Assembly (NCBI GenBank): GCA_036839975.1
Contig: DAISVU010000006.1
Location: 25,379-89,378 of the forward strand
DNA length: 64,000 nucleotides
Source of the DNA: Bacillota bacterium
GTDB lineage: Bacteria; Bacillota; Clostridia; Peptostreptococcales; Anaerovoracaceae
Reading direction: 5' to 3'
Part shown: positions 39,062 to 49,943 of the stretch, in pieces
How positions within the stretch are numbered: the first letter of the stretch is position 1
Layout: every line of letters begins with the position of its first letter
Notes under the pieces: model-generated
The model's database searches: none
What the model saw: the letters and a program-made list of their open reading frames with translations, nothing else
Told to the model about the DNA's origin: nothing
Position numbers and translations under genes: made by a program

Positions 39062-41902
39062 ATGACAAAGGATATATGCATAAAGAAAGCGAATGAAAAC
39101 AATCTGAAAAATATGAGTGTAACGATTCCACGAGACAAAATGGTCGTTATAACGGGCATTTCGGGATCGGGCAAGAGTTCACTGGCCTTTGACACGATCT
39201 ACGCGGAAGGGCAGCGGCGGTATATAGAGAGCTTGTCCTCATATGCAAGGCAGTTCCTGGGGCAGATGGAAAAGCCGGATGTAGAGATGATAGAAGGGCT
39301 GTCGCCTGCGATCTCAATAGATCAGAAGACGACCGGCCGAAACCCGCGTTCGACCGTAGGAACCGTAACGGAAATCTATGATTACCTGAGGCTCATGTAT
39401 GCGAGGATAGGTACTGCACACTGTCCTGAATGCGGGCGCGAGATCAGAAGCCAGAGCATTGACCAGATCGTTGATGCTCTGATGGCAGAGGGAGAAGGGG
39501 TGAAACTCACGATTTTTGCGCCGGTGATACGCGGACGCAAGGGAACGCATGAGAAGGTGATCGGGCGTATAAGAAAAGAGGGCTTTACAAGAGTCAGAAT
39601 TGACGAGGAGATATACAGGCTTGACGACGATGAAATCAGTATTGAAAAGACCCGTAAGCATAACATAGATATTGTTGTCGATCGTGTAAAGGTAAAAGAG
39701 GGTGTTGAGGGAAGGCTTGCGGAAGCATGTGAAATTGCCGTTTCCGAGGTCGGAGATCTTGTTACGGCTGAGATAGACAAAGGCAGCGGCGGCAAAGAGA
39801 CAAAGACATTCTCCACCAGGCTGGCCTGCCCTGAGCACGGCATAAGCATAGAGGAACTTGAGCCGCGCATGTTCTCGTTCAATGCTCCTTACGGAGCTTG
39901 TCCGGAATGTAACGGGCTGGGATTTATCCATAAGATTGATCCTGAAAAGGTCATAGATTACAGTAAGAGCATAATTAATGGCGCGCTCAGTAAAGTATTC
40001 GCATCGATGGAATATACTGGATACTACAGGCAGGTGATACAGGTTATCGCGGACCGGTACGGCGCAGATCTGACAAAGCCTTTCGGGAAGCAGCCGAAGA
40101 AATTTATAGACGATGTGCTTTACGGAACCGGCACGAGACGGTTAAAGTACGAGTACAGAAACAGGACAGGCACCTCAGTGAGACATATGAACCATACGTT
40201 TGAGGGGGTCCTTAACAATATTGAGAGGCGCTATCGAGAGACCAGATCCGAATTTATAAAAGAAAGACTTTCTGCTTATATGAGCATTTCGGAATGTGCA
40301 GCATGTGGAGGGAAAAGGCTCAAGCCTGAAGTTTTGGCTGTGACTGTAGGAGGACTTAACATATCGGAGCTTTGCGACATGTCGGTTACCGAGGCGATTG
40401 ATTTTACAGGTGCGCTGGTTCTGTCGGACAAGCAGAAGCTGATCGCGAAGCAGATATTGAAAGAGATAAAGTCTAGGCTTAATTTTCTGGCGGATGTAGG
40501 TCTCGATTATCTGACTTTGTCGCGTTCTGGAGGAACGCTCTCAGGCGGAGAATCGCAACGAATAAGGCTGGCTACACAGATAGGCTCGAGCCTTGTCGGT
40601 GTTCTTTATATCCTGGATGAACCCAGCATAGGCCTCCATCAAAAGGATAACGCCATGCTTCTCAAGACACTGCGAGGATTAACAGACCTCGGAAACACTT
40701 TGCTCATCGTTGAACACGATGAAGATACTATGTATGCGGCGGACCAGATAATAGACATAGGCCCCGGCGCCGGCAGCCGCGGCGGCAGGCTGGTGGCGCA
40801 GGGAACGGTCGAAGATATAAAGGTAGAACCCGGATCTATAACAGGGCAATATTTGTCCGGTAAAAAGAAGATCCCAGTACCGTCTGAACGAAGAAGCGGA
40901 AACGGCAGCAGGATCAGGATAGAAGGCGCTGCCACAAACAACCTTAAGAACATAGATGTAGATTTTCCTCTCGGTAAATTCATATGTGTCACAGGCGTTT
41001 CGGGTTCGGGTAAAAGCAGTCTCGTAAACGAAATAATGTATAAGGGTATATCTGCCGCAGTAAGCAATTCAAAAGTCAAGGCCGGCCCTCACAAGAATAT
41101 AAGCGGCATTGAAAACATAGACAAGGTTATAAACATAGACCAGTCGCCGATCGGCAGAACACCGAGATCAAACCTCGCCACATATACAAAGGTCTTCGAT
41201 CATATGAGAGATATATTCTCACAGATTCCCGAAGCGAAGCTTCGCGGATACAGGAAAGGACGGTTCAGCTTCAATGTAAAAGGCGGGCGCTGCGAATCCT
41301 GCAGGGGTGACGGCATCATAAAAATAGAAATGCATTTTTTGCCGGACGTTTACGTGCCGTGCGAAGTGTGCAAAGGCAGGCGTTATAACCGTGAGACCCT
41401 GGAGGTCAAATACAGGGGCAGAAGTATATTTGACGTGCTGGACATGACTGTCTCGGAGGCCCTGGATTTCTTCAGGCATATACCGCAGATAAAAAGACAG
41501 CTTGATACGCTAGATCAGGTCGGCCTGGGTTACATAAAGCTGGGGCAGCCGTCGACGCAGCTTTCGGGCGGTGAGGCGCAGAGAATCAAACTTGCCAGGG
41601 AGCTTTCAAAGCGCGGCTCCGGCAAGACTCTTTACATTCTCGATGAACCTACGACCGGTCTTCACTTTGCGGATATCGATAAGCTTATGCATGTGATAGA
41701 CTGCTTGACGGACACCGGAAACACTGTGGTCGTTATAGAACACAATCTGGATGTTATAAAATGTGCAGATCATATCATAGATCTAGGACCGGACGGCGGT
41801 TTACGCGGCGGAGAGATCATAGCGGAAGGCACGCCGGAGCATGTAGCGAGCATAAAGGAATCATATACAGGGAAATACCTGAAGAGGGTTCTGGAAAAGT
41901 AA
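39062..41902 (+). CDS. uvrA: excinuclease ABC subunit A
   Basis: Two ABC modules (GISGSGKSSLAF; GVSGSGKSSLV), zinc fingers (CPECG; CESCRGDG..CEVCKG) and LSGGE signatures. Confidence 0.97.
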   Translation: MTKDICIKKANENNLKNMSVTIPRDKMVVITGISGSGKSSLAFDTIYAEGQRRYIESLSSYARQFLGQMEKPDVEMIEGLSPAISIDQKTTGRNPRSTVGTVTEIYDYLRLMYARIGTAHCPECGREIRSQSIDQIVDALMAEGEGVKLTIFAPVIRGRKGTHEKVIGRIRKEGFTRVRIDEEIYRLDDDEISIEKTRKHNIDIVVDRVKVKEGVEGRLAEACEIAVSEVGDLVTAEIDKGSGGKETKTFSTRLACPEHGISIEELEPRMFSFNAPYGACPECNGLGFIHKIDPEKVIDYSKSIINGALSKVFASMEYTGYYRQVIQVIADRYGADLTKPFGKQPKKFIDDVLYGTGTRRLKYEYRNRTGTSVRHMNHTFEGVLNNIERRYRETRSEFIKERLSAYMSISECAACGGKRLKPEVLAVTVGGLNISELCDMSVTEAIDFTGALVLSDKQKLIAKQILKEIKSRLNFLADVGLDYLTLSRSGGTLSGGESQRIRLATQIGSSLVGVLYILDEPSIGLHQKDNAMLLKTLRGLTDLGNTLLIVEHDEDTMYAADQIIDIGPGAGSRGGRLVAQGTVEDIKVEPGSITGQYLSGKKKIPVPSERRSGNGSRIRIEGAATNNLKNIDVDFPLGKFICVTGVSGSGKSSLVNEIMYKGISAAVSNSKVKAGPHKNISGIENIDKVINIDQSPIGRTPRSNLATYTKVFDHMRDIFSQIPEAKLRGYRKGRFSFNVKGGRCESCRGDGIIKIEMHFLPDVYVPCEVCKGRRYNRETLEVKYRGRSIFDVLDMTVSEALDFFRHIPQIKRQLDTLDQVGLGYIKLGQPSTQLSGGEAQRIKLARELSKRGSGKTLYILDEPTTGLHFADIDKLMHVIDCLTDTGNTVVVIEHNLDVIKCADHIIDLGPDGGLRGGEIIAEGTPEHVASIKESYTGKYLKRVLEK

Positions 41903-42055
41903 ATCGACAATCAGCCCGGGATGTGCATTCTTAAATTACCGTGCCTTTACAGGCGCTGAAATAAGTGGCATAATAGAATGCAGAATGAGAGGTGCTGCGG
42001 GGGCATCTCTTCAAAACATATTTTGGAGTAAGAAAGGGAATAAAAAAGTAACACA

Positions 42056-43495
42056 ATGAATGACAATTTAAATTTGACCATGCTTACTGATTTCTATGAG
42101 ATCACCATGGCCAACGGTTACTTTGAATCCGGAATGAAAGATGACATCGCATATTTTGACATGTTTTTCAGGAAGGTGCCGGATGGCGGAGGATATGCCA
42201 TCATGGCGGGAGTAGAACAGGTAATAGAGTATCTGAACGATCTTAAATTCACAGATTGTGATATCGAATATCTTAGAGATAAAAAAATGTTCAGCGAGGG
42301 GTTTTTAGAATATCTTAGGAATTTTAAATTCGCATGTGACATATGGACTGTGCCGGAAGGCACTCCTATATTTCCGGATGAGCCTCTGCTGACTGTCAGG
42401 GGACCTATGATTCAGGCTCAGTTTATTGAAACTATGATACTGCTTCTGATAAATCATCAGAGTCTCATAGCAACCAAGGCCAACAGGATTGTGCGTGCTG
42501 CGGACGGAAGAGGTGTCATGGAATTTGGAACAAGACGTGCACACGGACCTTCCGCTGCAATATATGGCGCAAGAGCTGCGTATATCGGCGGATGCGCAGG
42601 CACTGCATGCGTCCGGGCCGACTGTGATCATAACATACCTGCACTGGGGACGATGGCTCACAGCTGGGTGCAGATGTTTGACACGGAATACGAAGCTTTC
42701 AGAAAGTATGCTGAAATATATCCGCAGAACTGTGTGCTTTTGGTCGATACATACAACGTATTGAAAAGCGGAGTGCCGAATGCCATCAGGGTGTTCAGAG
42801 AAACCGATCCTCAAATCAAGGGCATAAGGATAGACAGCGGCGACATCGCTTACCTTACGAAGCAGGCAAGAAAGATGCTTGATGATGCGGGGTTTGAAGA
42901 CTGTCAGATCGTTGTCTCAAATGCGCTTGACGAATATCTAATAAGCAATATGCTGATGCAGGGAGCATGCATTGATTCATTCGGCGTGGGGGAAAGACTC
43001 ATAACCGCAAAGTCGGATTCGGTGTTCGGCGGGGTTTACAAGCTTTCGGCGGTAGAAAAAGACGGAAGGGTCATACCTAAGATGAAGGTCAGTGAAAATA
43101 TTGAAAAGATCACTAACCCCGGCTTCAAAAAGGTGTATCGAATATATGATAAGGGAACAGACAGAGCGATTGCTGATGTAATCACTCTGGAAAATGAAAG
43201 CATACCCGAAAGGGACGGCTATGTAATCTTTGACCCCAAGGCTGTCTGGAAAAAGAAGACGCTTAAAAATTTCTATGCAAGAGATCTGCGTGAGCAAATA
43301 TTCAGAGAAGGAAAGTGCGTATATAAGTCGCCGTCTGTAAAGGAGATCAGACAGCGCTGTGAGACTGAACTGGGAAAGCTTTGGGAAGAATTGCTGAGGT
43401 ATGAAAACCCTCATAATTATTTTGTGGATCTGTCGACGGGACTCTGGCGGCTCAAGCAGGATCTTCTTGATAAATATGAGGCGGAAGTAGAATGA
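42056..43495 (+). CDS. pncB: nicotinate phosphoribosyltransferase
   Basis: [17 protein letters not shown] start, FGTRRAHG and IRIDSGD motifs. Confidence 0.9.
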   Translation: MNDNLNLTMLTDFYEITMANGYFESGMKDDIAYFDMFFRKVPDGGGYAIMAGVEQVIEYLNDLKFTDCDIEYLRDKKMFSEGFLEYLRNFKFACDIWTVPEGTPIFPDEPLLTVRGPMIQAQFIETMILLLINHQSLIATKANRIVRAADGRGVMEFGTRRAHGPSAAIYGARAAYIGGCAGTACVRADCDHNIPALGTMAHSWVQMFDTEYEAFRKYAEIYPQNCVLLVDTYNVLKSGVPNAIRVFRETDPQIKGIRIDSGDIAYLTKQARKMLDDAGFEDCQIVVSNALDEYLISNMLMQGACIDSFGVGERLITAKSDSVFGGVYKLSAVEKDGRVIPKMKVSENIEKITNPGFKKVYRIYDKGTDRAIADVITLENESIPERDGYVIFDPKAVWKKKTLKNFYARDLREQIFREGKCVYKSPSVKEIRQRCETELGKLWEELLRYENPHNYFVDLSTGLWRLKQDLLDKYEAEVE

Positions 43496-43598
43496 TCATA
43501 TAGTGCCGGGATTCGTTAAAAAATGCGTATACACCTTCGGGGGCGCGGCGGACGGGACCGGCGTACACCGGATTTACAGAGAAAGGATGCGGCGAACC

Positions 43599-44303
43599 AT
43601 GGAAGCAAAATATAAAAGGGTCGTACTGAAAATAAGCGGTGAGGCTCTTGCAGGCGACGCGGGATTCGGAATAGATGAATCCATGCTTGAAAAAGTGGCC
43701 AAGCAGGTAAAGGATGTTCACGATATGAACGTGCAGGTGGCTGTGGTAGTAGGCGGCGGCAATTTCTGGCGGGGCAGATCAAGTGAGAACATGGATCGCG
43801 CAACAGCCGACTACATCGGAATGCTTGGAACTGTCATGAATGCGATGGCGCTTCAGGACGCGTTCGAGTCGGTTGGAATGCCGGCAAGAGTACATTCTGC
43901 GATCGAGATGCGCGAAGTCGCAGAGCCGTATGTGAGGCTGAAAGCTATAAGCCAGCTCAAGAAGAATAAGGTCGTGATTTTTGCGGCAGGTACAGGCAAT
44001 CCGTTCTTTTCAACAGACACTACCGCAGCGCTCAGAGCTGCTGAAATAGATGCCGAGGTAATACTGCTCGCGAAGAATATAGACGCTGTGTATTCAGCCG
44101 ATCCGAACAAGGATCCCGGGGCTGTGAACTTTGATAAGCTCACGCACAGGGAAGTGCTGGAGAAAGATCTTAAGGTTATGGACTCGACGGCGGCTTCACT
44201 GTGCAGGGACAACGATATAAAGATACACGTGTTCGGCATAGCGGAGGAAGGAAATGTGATGAGAGCCGTCTGTGGTGAAAAAATAGGAACGATTATCAGC
44301 TAA
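43599..44303 (+). CDS. pyrH: UMP kinase
   Basis: [13 protein letters not shown] start motif, [10 protein letters not shown] and [11 protein letters not shown]. The tracked ORF begins 32 codons earlier. Confidence 0.95.
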   Translation: MEAKYKRVVLKISGEALAGDAGFGIDESMLEKVAKQVKDVHDMNVQVAVVVGGGNFWRGRSSENMDRATADYIGMLGTVMNAMALQDAFESVGMPARVHSAIEMREVAEPYVRLKAISQLKKNKVVIFAAGTGNPFFSTDTTAALRAAEIDAEVILLAKNIDAVYSADPNKDPGAVNFDKLTHREVLEKDLKVMDSTAASLCRDNDIKIHVFGIAEEGNVMRAVCGEKIGTIIS

Positions 44304-44315
44304 GGAGGAATGAAT

Positions 44316-44873
44316 ATGAGTAAAGATGTAAAAGCTGTTCTTGAAGAAAAAACAGGAAAGAGCATATCGGTTCTCAGGGAAGAACTCAATACTGTAAGAG
44401 CGGGCAGAGCAAACGCAGCCCTGCTTGACAAGATAACAGTCAGTTATTACGGTGCGCCGACGCCGCTAAGACAGATGGCAAATATATCGGTGCCGGAGCC
44501 AAGGACGCTTCTGATCTCGCCGTTCGATCCGAAGACGATACCTGAGATCGAAAAAGCGATCAATGTGGCAAACCTGGGTGTAAATCCTGCAAATGACGGC
44601 AAGGTTATAAGACTGGCGATCCCGCCGCTGACAGAAGAACGAAGAAAAGAGTTCACAAAGAAAGTCAAGAAGATGGGTGAGGAAACTAAGGTGGCAGTCA
44701 GGAATTTAAGACGTGAATCAAATGAAGATCTGAAAAAGGCGGAAAAATCGGGAGACCTGACTGAAGACGATCTTAAGTCTGGTATGGACGATGTTCAGAA
44801 GATTGTCGACCGGGCGGTGAAAGACATAGATGAAGTGATCGCGGGCAAAGAAAAAGAGATCATGGAAATATAA
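44316..44873 (+). CDS. frr: ribosome recycling factor
   Basis: AAGGAGG RBS 7 nt upstream. [15 protein letters not shown] and [11 protein letters not shown] motifs. 185 aa. Confidence 0.95.
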   Translation: MSKDVKAVLEEKTGKSISVLREELNTVRAGRANAALLDKITVSYYGAPTPLRQMANISVPEPRTLLISPFDPKTIPEIEKAINVANLGVNPANDGKVIRLAIPPLTEERRKEFTKKVKKMGEETKVAVRNLRRESNEDLKKAEKSGDLTEDDLKSGMDDVQKIVDRAVKDIDEVIAGKEKEIMEI

Positions 44874-44988
44874 ATATCACCGGGGATTGGTTGCGCCGGT
44901 CGCGGCCATATCCGGAATTTGTATGGGCTTTATGCCGTTGCAGACATGCCGGGAGTAAGTCTGCCGGACAGGATTTTGAAATACTGCT

Positions 44989-45705
44989 ATGCTTGATATG
45001 AATAATATCCCACAGCACGTTGCCATAATAATGGACGGCAACGACAGATGGGCGAAAAAGAGAAGATTGCCCGCCTTTGCGGGACATAACGCGGGAATGA
45101 AAGCTATGATCGAGATCGTGAGACATTCAAGTGACCTCGGGATCAAGTATCTGACTGTTTACGCGTTTTCCACCGAGAACTGGAAGCGTTCAAGGGAGGA
45201 GATCGGCGGGATATTCAGGCTTCTGATAAAATATGTAGACAGCCAGCTTTCAGAGCTTGATAAAAACAATGTGAAGGTGCATGTGCTGGGTGATATGAAG
45301 GCGTTTCCTGACAATGTGCGGGAAAGTCTTGAAAAGACACTTAATACGACACGAAACAACACGGGTCTTCGCTTCAGCATATGTCTGAATTACGGCGGAC
45401 GTGATGAGATAGTGCACGCTGTCAGGAGTATAGTTTCGGATGCTGCCGCAGGTACTGCCGGACCTGAAGATGTGGATGAAGCTCTGATCTGCAAAAGGCT
45501 CTGGACAGGCATCGAAGGGATACCGGATCCCGAGCTCCTTATAAGAACAAGCGGCGAGGAAAGGGTATCTAATTTCATGCTCTGGCAGTGTGCGTACAGC
45601 GAATTTGTTTTTGAAAATGCGCTCTGGCCTGATTTCACACCCGAAAAATATGATAAAGCTATCGAAAAGTACCAACAGCGCAACAGGCGCTTTGGAGGAA
45701 GATAA
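44989..45705 (+). CDS. uppS: isoprenyl transferase (undecaprenyl-diphosphate synthase)
   Basis: HVAIIMDGNDRWA, AFSTENWKR and LIRTSGEERVSNFMLWQ motifs. Confidence 0.93.
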   Translation: MLDMNNIPQHVAIIMDGNDRWAKKRRLPAFAGHNAGMKAMIEIVRHSSDLGIKYLTVYAFSTENWKRSREEIGGIFRLLIKYVDSQLSELDKNNVKVHVLGDMKAFPDNVRESLEKTLNTTRNNTGLRFSICLNYGGRDEIVHAVRSIVSDAAAGTAGPEDVDEALICKRLWTGIEGIPDPELLIRTSGEERVSNFMLWQCAYSEFVFENALWPDFTPEKYDKAIEKYQQRNRRFGGR

Positions 45706-45722
45706 ACAACAGTGAGGCAGAG

Positions 45723-46511
45723 ATGAAGACCAGGATTTTATCAGGGCTGGCTATGGTACCGGTCCTAATAATTTTTTACTTTGGCGGTTACGTGATGCTT
45801 GCGGGCTGTTTCCTTATAACGCTAATGGCGCTATATGAGTTTTACAGCGGGTTTAAAGCGATGGGGTTCAAACCGTTTTATGCAGCCGGGTTCATATCGG
45901 CGACGGGCTTGTATCTGATCGGACTTTTTAAAGCGAATCCGGAATTGTATCTTTTCTGGATCCTGGTTTCGGTGCTGATGTGCACCTTTTATCTGTTTAA
46001 AATTGAGGAAAGAAAGCTTGAAGATGCGATGTGTTCGATAACAGGCATTTTCTATGTATCATTTTTTGCATATCATATAGTACTTGTGGATCAGACGGGA
46101 GAATACCGTCTGCTGGTATGGCTTGTAATATTCTCGGCATTCGGGTCGGATATATTCGCATATTTCACAGGATTCCTTCTTGGCAGGCATAAGCTGTGCC
46201 CTGCGATAAGTCCGAAGAAGACTGTAGAGGGTGCGATAGGCGGCGTGCTGGGGAGTGTTTTGATCTGTGGGATTTTCGGATGGGTTGTGATTCCCGGTAT
46301 CGCGGTACACTGTTTGATAATAGGTGCGCTGGGTGCTGTATTTTCACAGTTAGGAGATCTTACTGCATCGATATTCAAGCGTAAGATGGGCATAAAGGAC
46401 TACGGAAACCTCATACCGGGACACGGCGGCGTTATGGACCGTATAGACAGCATACTTTTTACTGCTCCTCTGGTATACTACTACACGGTTCTTGTAATAA
46501 CGGCGGCATAG
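45723..46511 (+). CDS. cdsA: phosphatidate cytidylyltransferase
   Basis: Polytopic protein. SDIFAYFTGFLLGRHKL and SIFKRKMGIKDYGNLIPGHGGVMDRIDS signature. Confidence 0.9.
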   Translation: MKTRILSGLAMVPVLIIFYFGGYVMLAGCFLITLMALYEFYSGFKAMGFKPFYAAGFISATGLYLIGLFKANPELYLFWILVSVLMCTFYLFKIEERKLEDAMCSITGIFYVSFFAYHIVLVDQTGEYRLLVWLVIFSAFGSDIFAYFTGFLLGRHKLCPAISPKKTVEGAIGGVLGSVLICGIFGWVVIPGIAVHCLIIGALGAVFSQLGDLTASIFKRKMGIKDYGNLIPGHGGVMDRIDSILFTAPLVYYYTVLVITAA

Positions 46512-46552
46512 AGAGTTCTACAGTCTGCCGAACAGAGAAACGGAGAGAATTT

Positions 46553-47707
46553 ATGAAGAAAACAGCCATACTTGGAAGTACCGGATCTATAGGCACACAG
46601 ACATTGGATATTATAAAACGAAATATGGAAGATTTTCAGGTGACTGCGCTCACCTGCGGCTCGCGTATAGATCTGTTTGAAAAGCAGATAGAGATTTTCA
46701 AGCCCGGACTTGCAGTAACCGCCTCGGAGGAAAATGCCCGTATTCTATCAGGGAAATTTCCTGAAATAGATGTAATGTGGGGTAGTGAAGGACTCTTTGC
46801 TGCGGCAACATGTGACTGCGATATAGTTGTGAATTCGCTGGCAGGTATACTTGGATTAGAGCCGACATACGAGGCTGTCAAGGCAGGAAACAACGTTGCA
46901 TTCGCAAACAAGGAAACGCTTGTGGCAGGCGGTGCGCGTATTATGGACGCTGCGGACAGGGCAGGGGTCAAAATCCTTCCCGTCGACAGTGAGCACAGCG
47001 CGATATTCCAGTGTATCCGGGGCAGCGAGAACAGTGAAATAAAGAGGATAATTCTGACAGCATCGGGCGGACCGTTCAGGGGTTACACTCGAAGACAGCT
47101 CGAGACCGTAACGCTTGAACAGGCGCTCAAGCATCCAAAATGGAACATGGGCAAAAAGATTACAATAGATTCCGCAACACTGATGAACAAAGGACTTGAG
47201 GTCATTGAAGCAAAGTGGCTTTTTGATATTGCACCGGAGCGGATACAGGTGGTTGTACACCCGCAGAGTATTGTGCATTCGGGGGTTGAATTTTACGATA
47301 CGTCTGTGATTGCTCAAATGGGCCTTCCGGATATGAGAGTGCCGATAAGTTACGCGCTTTATTATCCGGACAGAGCGATAAATGAATTTAAATCACTTGA
47401 TTTTTTCAGCACAGGCAGAGAACTGACATTTGAAAAACCTGATATGAAGACATTTAAATGCATAGCCTTCGCTTATGAAGCCCTTGAGCGCGGAAGCTGT
47501 TGCCCCGCAGCACTCAATGGTGCAAACGAGGCGCTTGTTGCGGAGTTTCTGTCAGGAAAGATAAAATATACAGACATACAGGATACGCTTGAGCGTGTCC
47601 TTGATAACTACGATCAGAAATTTGATATGAGTTTGGAGGGTATACTTGAAACTGACAGAAAAGCGAGAGAGGATGCGATGGTGCTCTTGAAAAAACAGCT
47701 TTCCTGA
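46553..47707 (+). CDS. dxr: 1-deoxy-D-xylulose-5-phosphate reductoisomerase
   Basis: ILGSTGSIGTQTLD, LANKETLV, PVDSEHSAIFQC and the HPKWNMG motif. Confidence 0.95.
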   Translation: MKKTAILGSTGSIGTQTLDIIKRNMEDFQVTALTCGSRIDLFEKQIEIFKPGLAVTASEENARILSGKFPEIDVMWGSEGLFAAATCDCDIVVNSLAGILGLEPTYEAVKAGNNVAFANKETLVAGGARIMDAADRAGVKILPVDSEHSAIFQCIRGSENSEIKRIILTASGGPFRGYTRRQLETVTLEQALKHPKWNMGKKITIDSATLMNKGLEVIEAKWLFDIAPERIQVVVHPQSIVHSGVEFYDTSVIAQMGLPDMRVPISYALYYPDRAINEFKSLDFFSTGRELTFEKPDMKTFKCIAFAYEALERGSCCPAALNGANEALVAEFLSGKIKYTDIQDTLERVLDNYDQKFDMSLEGILETDRKAREDAMVLLKKQLS

Positions 47708-47752
47708 GTATATCATATGTTTTAGGCATGATGCCGACAGTAAGGAGTTTGT

Positions 47753-48766
47753 TTGAGCATAATGATAATGACTGTAATATTCGGAATTTTAATACTGCTG
47801 CTTTTGATATTTCCGCATGAGACCGGCCATTTTATCGCAGCTAAGGCGTGCGGCGTTGAGGTCAATGAATTTGCACTGGGCATGGGGCCTGCGATATTTA
47901 AAAAGCAGCATGGTGAAACGCTGTATTCTTTGCGTGCGATCCCTGTAGGAGGGTACTGTGCGATGGAAGGCGAGGATGAGGAATCAGACGATGAAAACGC
48001 TTTTGAAAACAAAGCGGCATGGAAGAAGGCTGTAGTTCTTTCGGCAGGTTCTGCAATGAATCTGTTTTTAGCACTCCTGATCATGATAATACTGACTTTT
48101 TATACCGGGGTTGCGACCACGTCGATATCGGAGGTAGACGTGAACAGTCCCGCCGCCGCGGCAGGTCTGAAAGCAGGAGATCAGATAACTGCTGTAAACG
48201 GAAAAAACACAGATACATGGAATGAGATAACCTCGATCGTAAGCTCTGCTGGAGCCGGAGACAAGATAAAGTTCGATGTTTTACGAGACGGCAAAAAAGT
48301 CAGTGTGACAAGCGGTGTGAAGAAATCATCAGGTCATGCGGTTATAGGCATGCGGTGTGCAGTCGACAAGAGCTTCTTTTCCTGCCTCACAGAGGGATTT
48401 GGGCGTACAGGAAAAATGATAGCCACGCTTGGAGATGCGTTCAGGATGATCTTCACGGGGCAGGTGAGCACCAAAGAGCTCGGCGGACCTGTAGCGATCA
48501 TAAAGGTCGCAGGTGATGCCGGAAAGGCGGGCGCTGCGAGTTTCTTCTATCTTGCGGCATTTATAAGCCTGAACCTGGCGATATTCAATCTGTTGCCGTT
48601 TCCTGCGCTCGATGGAGGCAGACTGGTATTTCTGATTATAAAAAAGATTACGGGAAAGCGTGTAAATGCAGAGATTGAGGCGAAGGTCCATTTTGCAGGA
48701 ATAGTCCTGCTCTTTGCATTTATGATATATGTGACCTGGAATGATATAACAAGGCTCATAAATTAA
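47753..48766 (+). CDS. rseP: RIP site-2 metalloprotease
   Basis: HETGHFIAAK (HExxH), a PDZ segment (SPAAAAGLKAGDQITAVNG) and NLLPFPALDGG. Confidence 0.9.
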   Translation: MSIMIMTVIFGILILLLLIFPHETGHFIAAKACGVEVNEFALGMGPAIFKKQHGETLYSLRAIPVGGYCAMEGEDEESDDENAFENKAAWKKAVVLSAGSAMNLFLALLIMIILTFYTGVATTSISEVDVNSPAAAAGLKAGDQITAVNGKNTDTWNEITSIVSSAGAGDKIKFDVLRDGKKVSVTSGVKKSSGHAVIGMRCAVDKSFFSCLTEGFGRTGKMIATLGDAFRMIFTGQVSTKELGGPVAIIKVAGDAGKAGAASFFYLAAFISLNLAIFNLLPFPALDGGRLVFLIIKKITGKRVNAEIEAKVHFAGIVLLFAFMIYVTWNDITRLIN

Positions 48767-48863
48767 CTGTCGGAAATCAGGCTACGTGCTTGAAGCAGCG
48801 CTGCATGCGAACGGCGGCTGCAGCGCAAAAAAAAACAAGTATATCTGAAAAAAGAGTATTTGA

Positions 48864-49943
48864 ATGAGGCATAGATATATGACTAAGCAGGTGAGATGCG
48901 GGAATGTGTTGATAGGCGGCGGAGCGCCGATATCAATACAATCCATGACTAATGTGGAAACGAAAAATACAGATGCGGTGCATGCGCAGATCAGATCACT
49001 AGCGGCAGCGGGTTGTGATATTGTCAGAGTAGCGGTGCCCGATATGAAAAGTGCCGAAGCTGTAAGGGAGATAAAAGCTGCTAGTCCGGTACCTGTGGTT
49101 GCGGATATTCATTTTGACCACAGACTCGCGATAAAAGCGATCGAGATGGGTGTTGACAAGATAAGGATAAATCCTGGCAATATCGGTTCGCACGAAAAAG
49201 TGGAGCAGGTTGTCGAAGCGGCAAAGGAGGCGGGCATACCCATAAGGGTAGGTGTGAATTCCGGATCGCTTGAAAAAGATATAGTTGAAAAAAACGGCGG
49301 AGTGACGGCAGAAGGACTTGCGGAGAGTGCCCTGCGAAACCTGAAGATGATAGAGGATATGGGATTTGACGACCTCGTAGTTTCTTTGAAAGCCTCGGAT
49401 ATTAAGATAAACTATAATGCGCACAAGATAGTTGCGGCTGCAACAGATCATCCTATACATATAGGTGTAACGGAGGCGGGCACTGTGCACAGGGGCAGGC
49501 TTAAGTCCGCGGCGGGCATAGGAGCTCTGCTGCTTGAAGATATTGGGGATACGATGAGAGTGTCGCTTACAGCAGATCCTGTCGAGGAAGTGATATTTGC
49601 AAACGAACTGTTGAAGGCGACAGGGATAAGGCCGGAATCCATAAACATGATATCATGCCCTATGTGCGGCAGGACTGGAGTCGATCTTCAAAAGATAGCC
49701 ACGGAAATACAGCAGGCGGTGATGCCGCTTGAAAGGGAACGCAGTGAAAAAGGTCTTCCGGGCATAACGATAGCAGTTATGGGGTGTGCAGTGAACGGAC
49801 CCGGTGAAGGCAGGGAAGCTGATATAGGTGTTGCATGTGGAGATGGAAACGGCGTCATATTCGAAAAGGGGCATATAATCAAGACGGTCGCTGAGCAGGA
49901 TATAGCCGGTGAAATTATACGGATGATAAGGGATTTTAAATGA
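48864..49943 (+). CDS. ispG: 4-hydroxy-3-methylbut-2-en-1-yl diphosphate synthase
   Basis: GGGAPISIQSMTN, KIRINPGN and CPMCGRT..MGCAVNGPGE. ATG 48879 is an alternative start. Confidence 0.95.
   Translation: MRHRYMTKQVRCGNVLIGGGAPISIQSMTNVETKNTDAVHAQIRSLAAAGCDIVRVAVPDMKSAEAVREIKAASPVPVVADIHFDHRLAIKAIEMGVDKIRINPGNIGSHEKVEQVVEAAKEAGIPIRVGVNSGSLEKDIVEKNGGVTAEGLAESALRNLKMIEDMGFDDLVVSLKASDIKINYNAHKIVAAATDHPIHIGVTEAGTVHRGRLKSAAGIGALLLEDIGDTMRVSLTADPVEEVIFANELLKATGIRPESINMISCPMCGRTGVDLQKIATEIQQAVMPLERERSEKGLPGITIAVMGCAVNGPGEGREADIGVACGDGNGVIFEKGHIIKTVAEQDIAGEIIRMIRDFK

Noticed and set aside
48798-48835. GCGCTGC…GCAGCGC hairpin followed by A9 between rseP and ispG, considered as a terminator.
   Set aside because: The homopolymer is A on the coding strand, so the U-tract would precede the stem on the other strand. 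It matches no intrinsic terminator orientation, and both flanking genes are on +.
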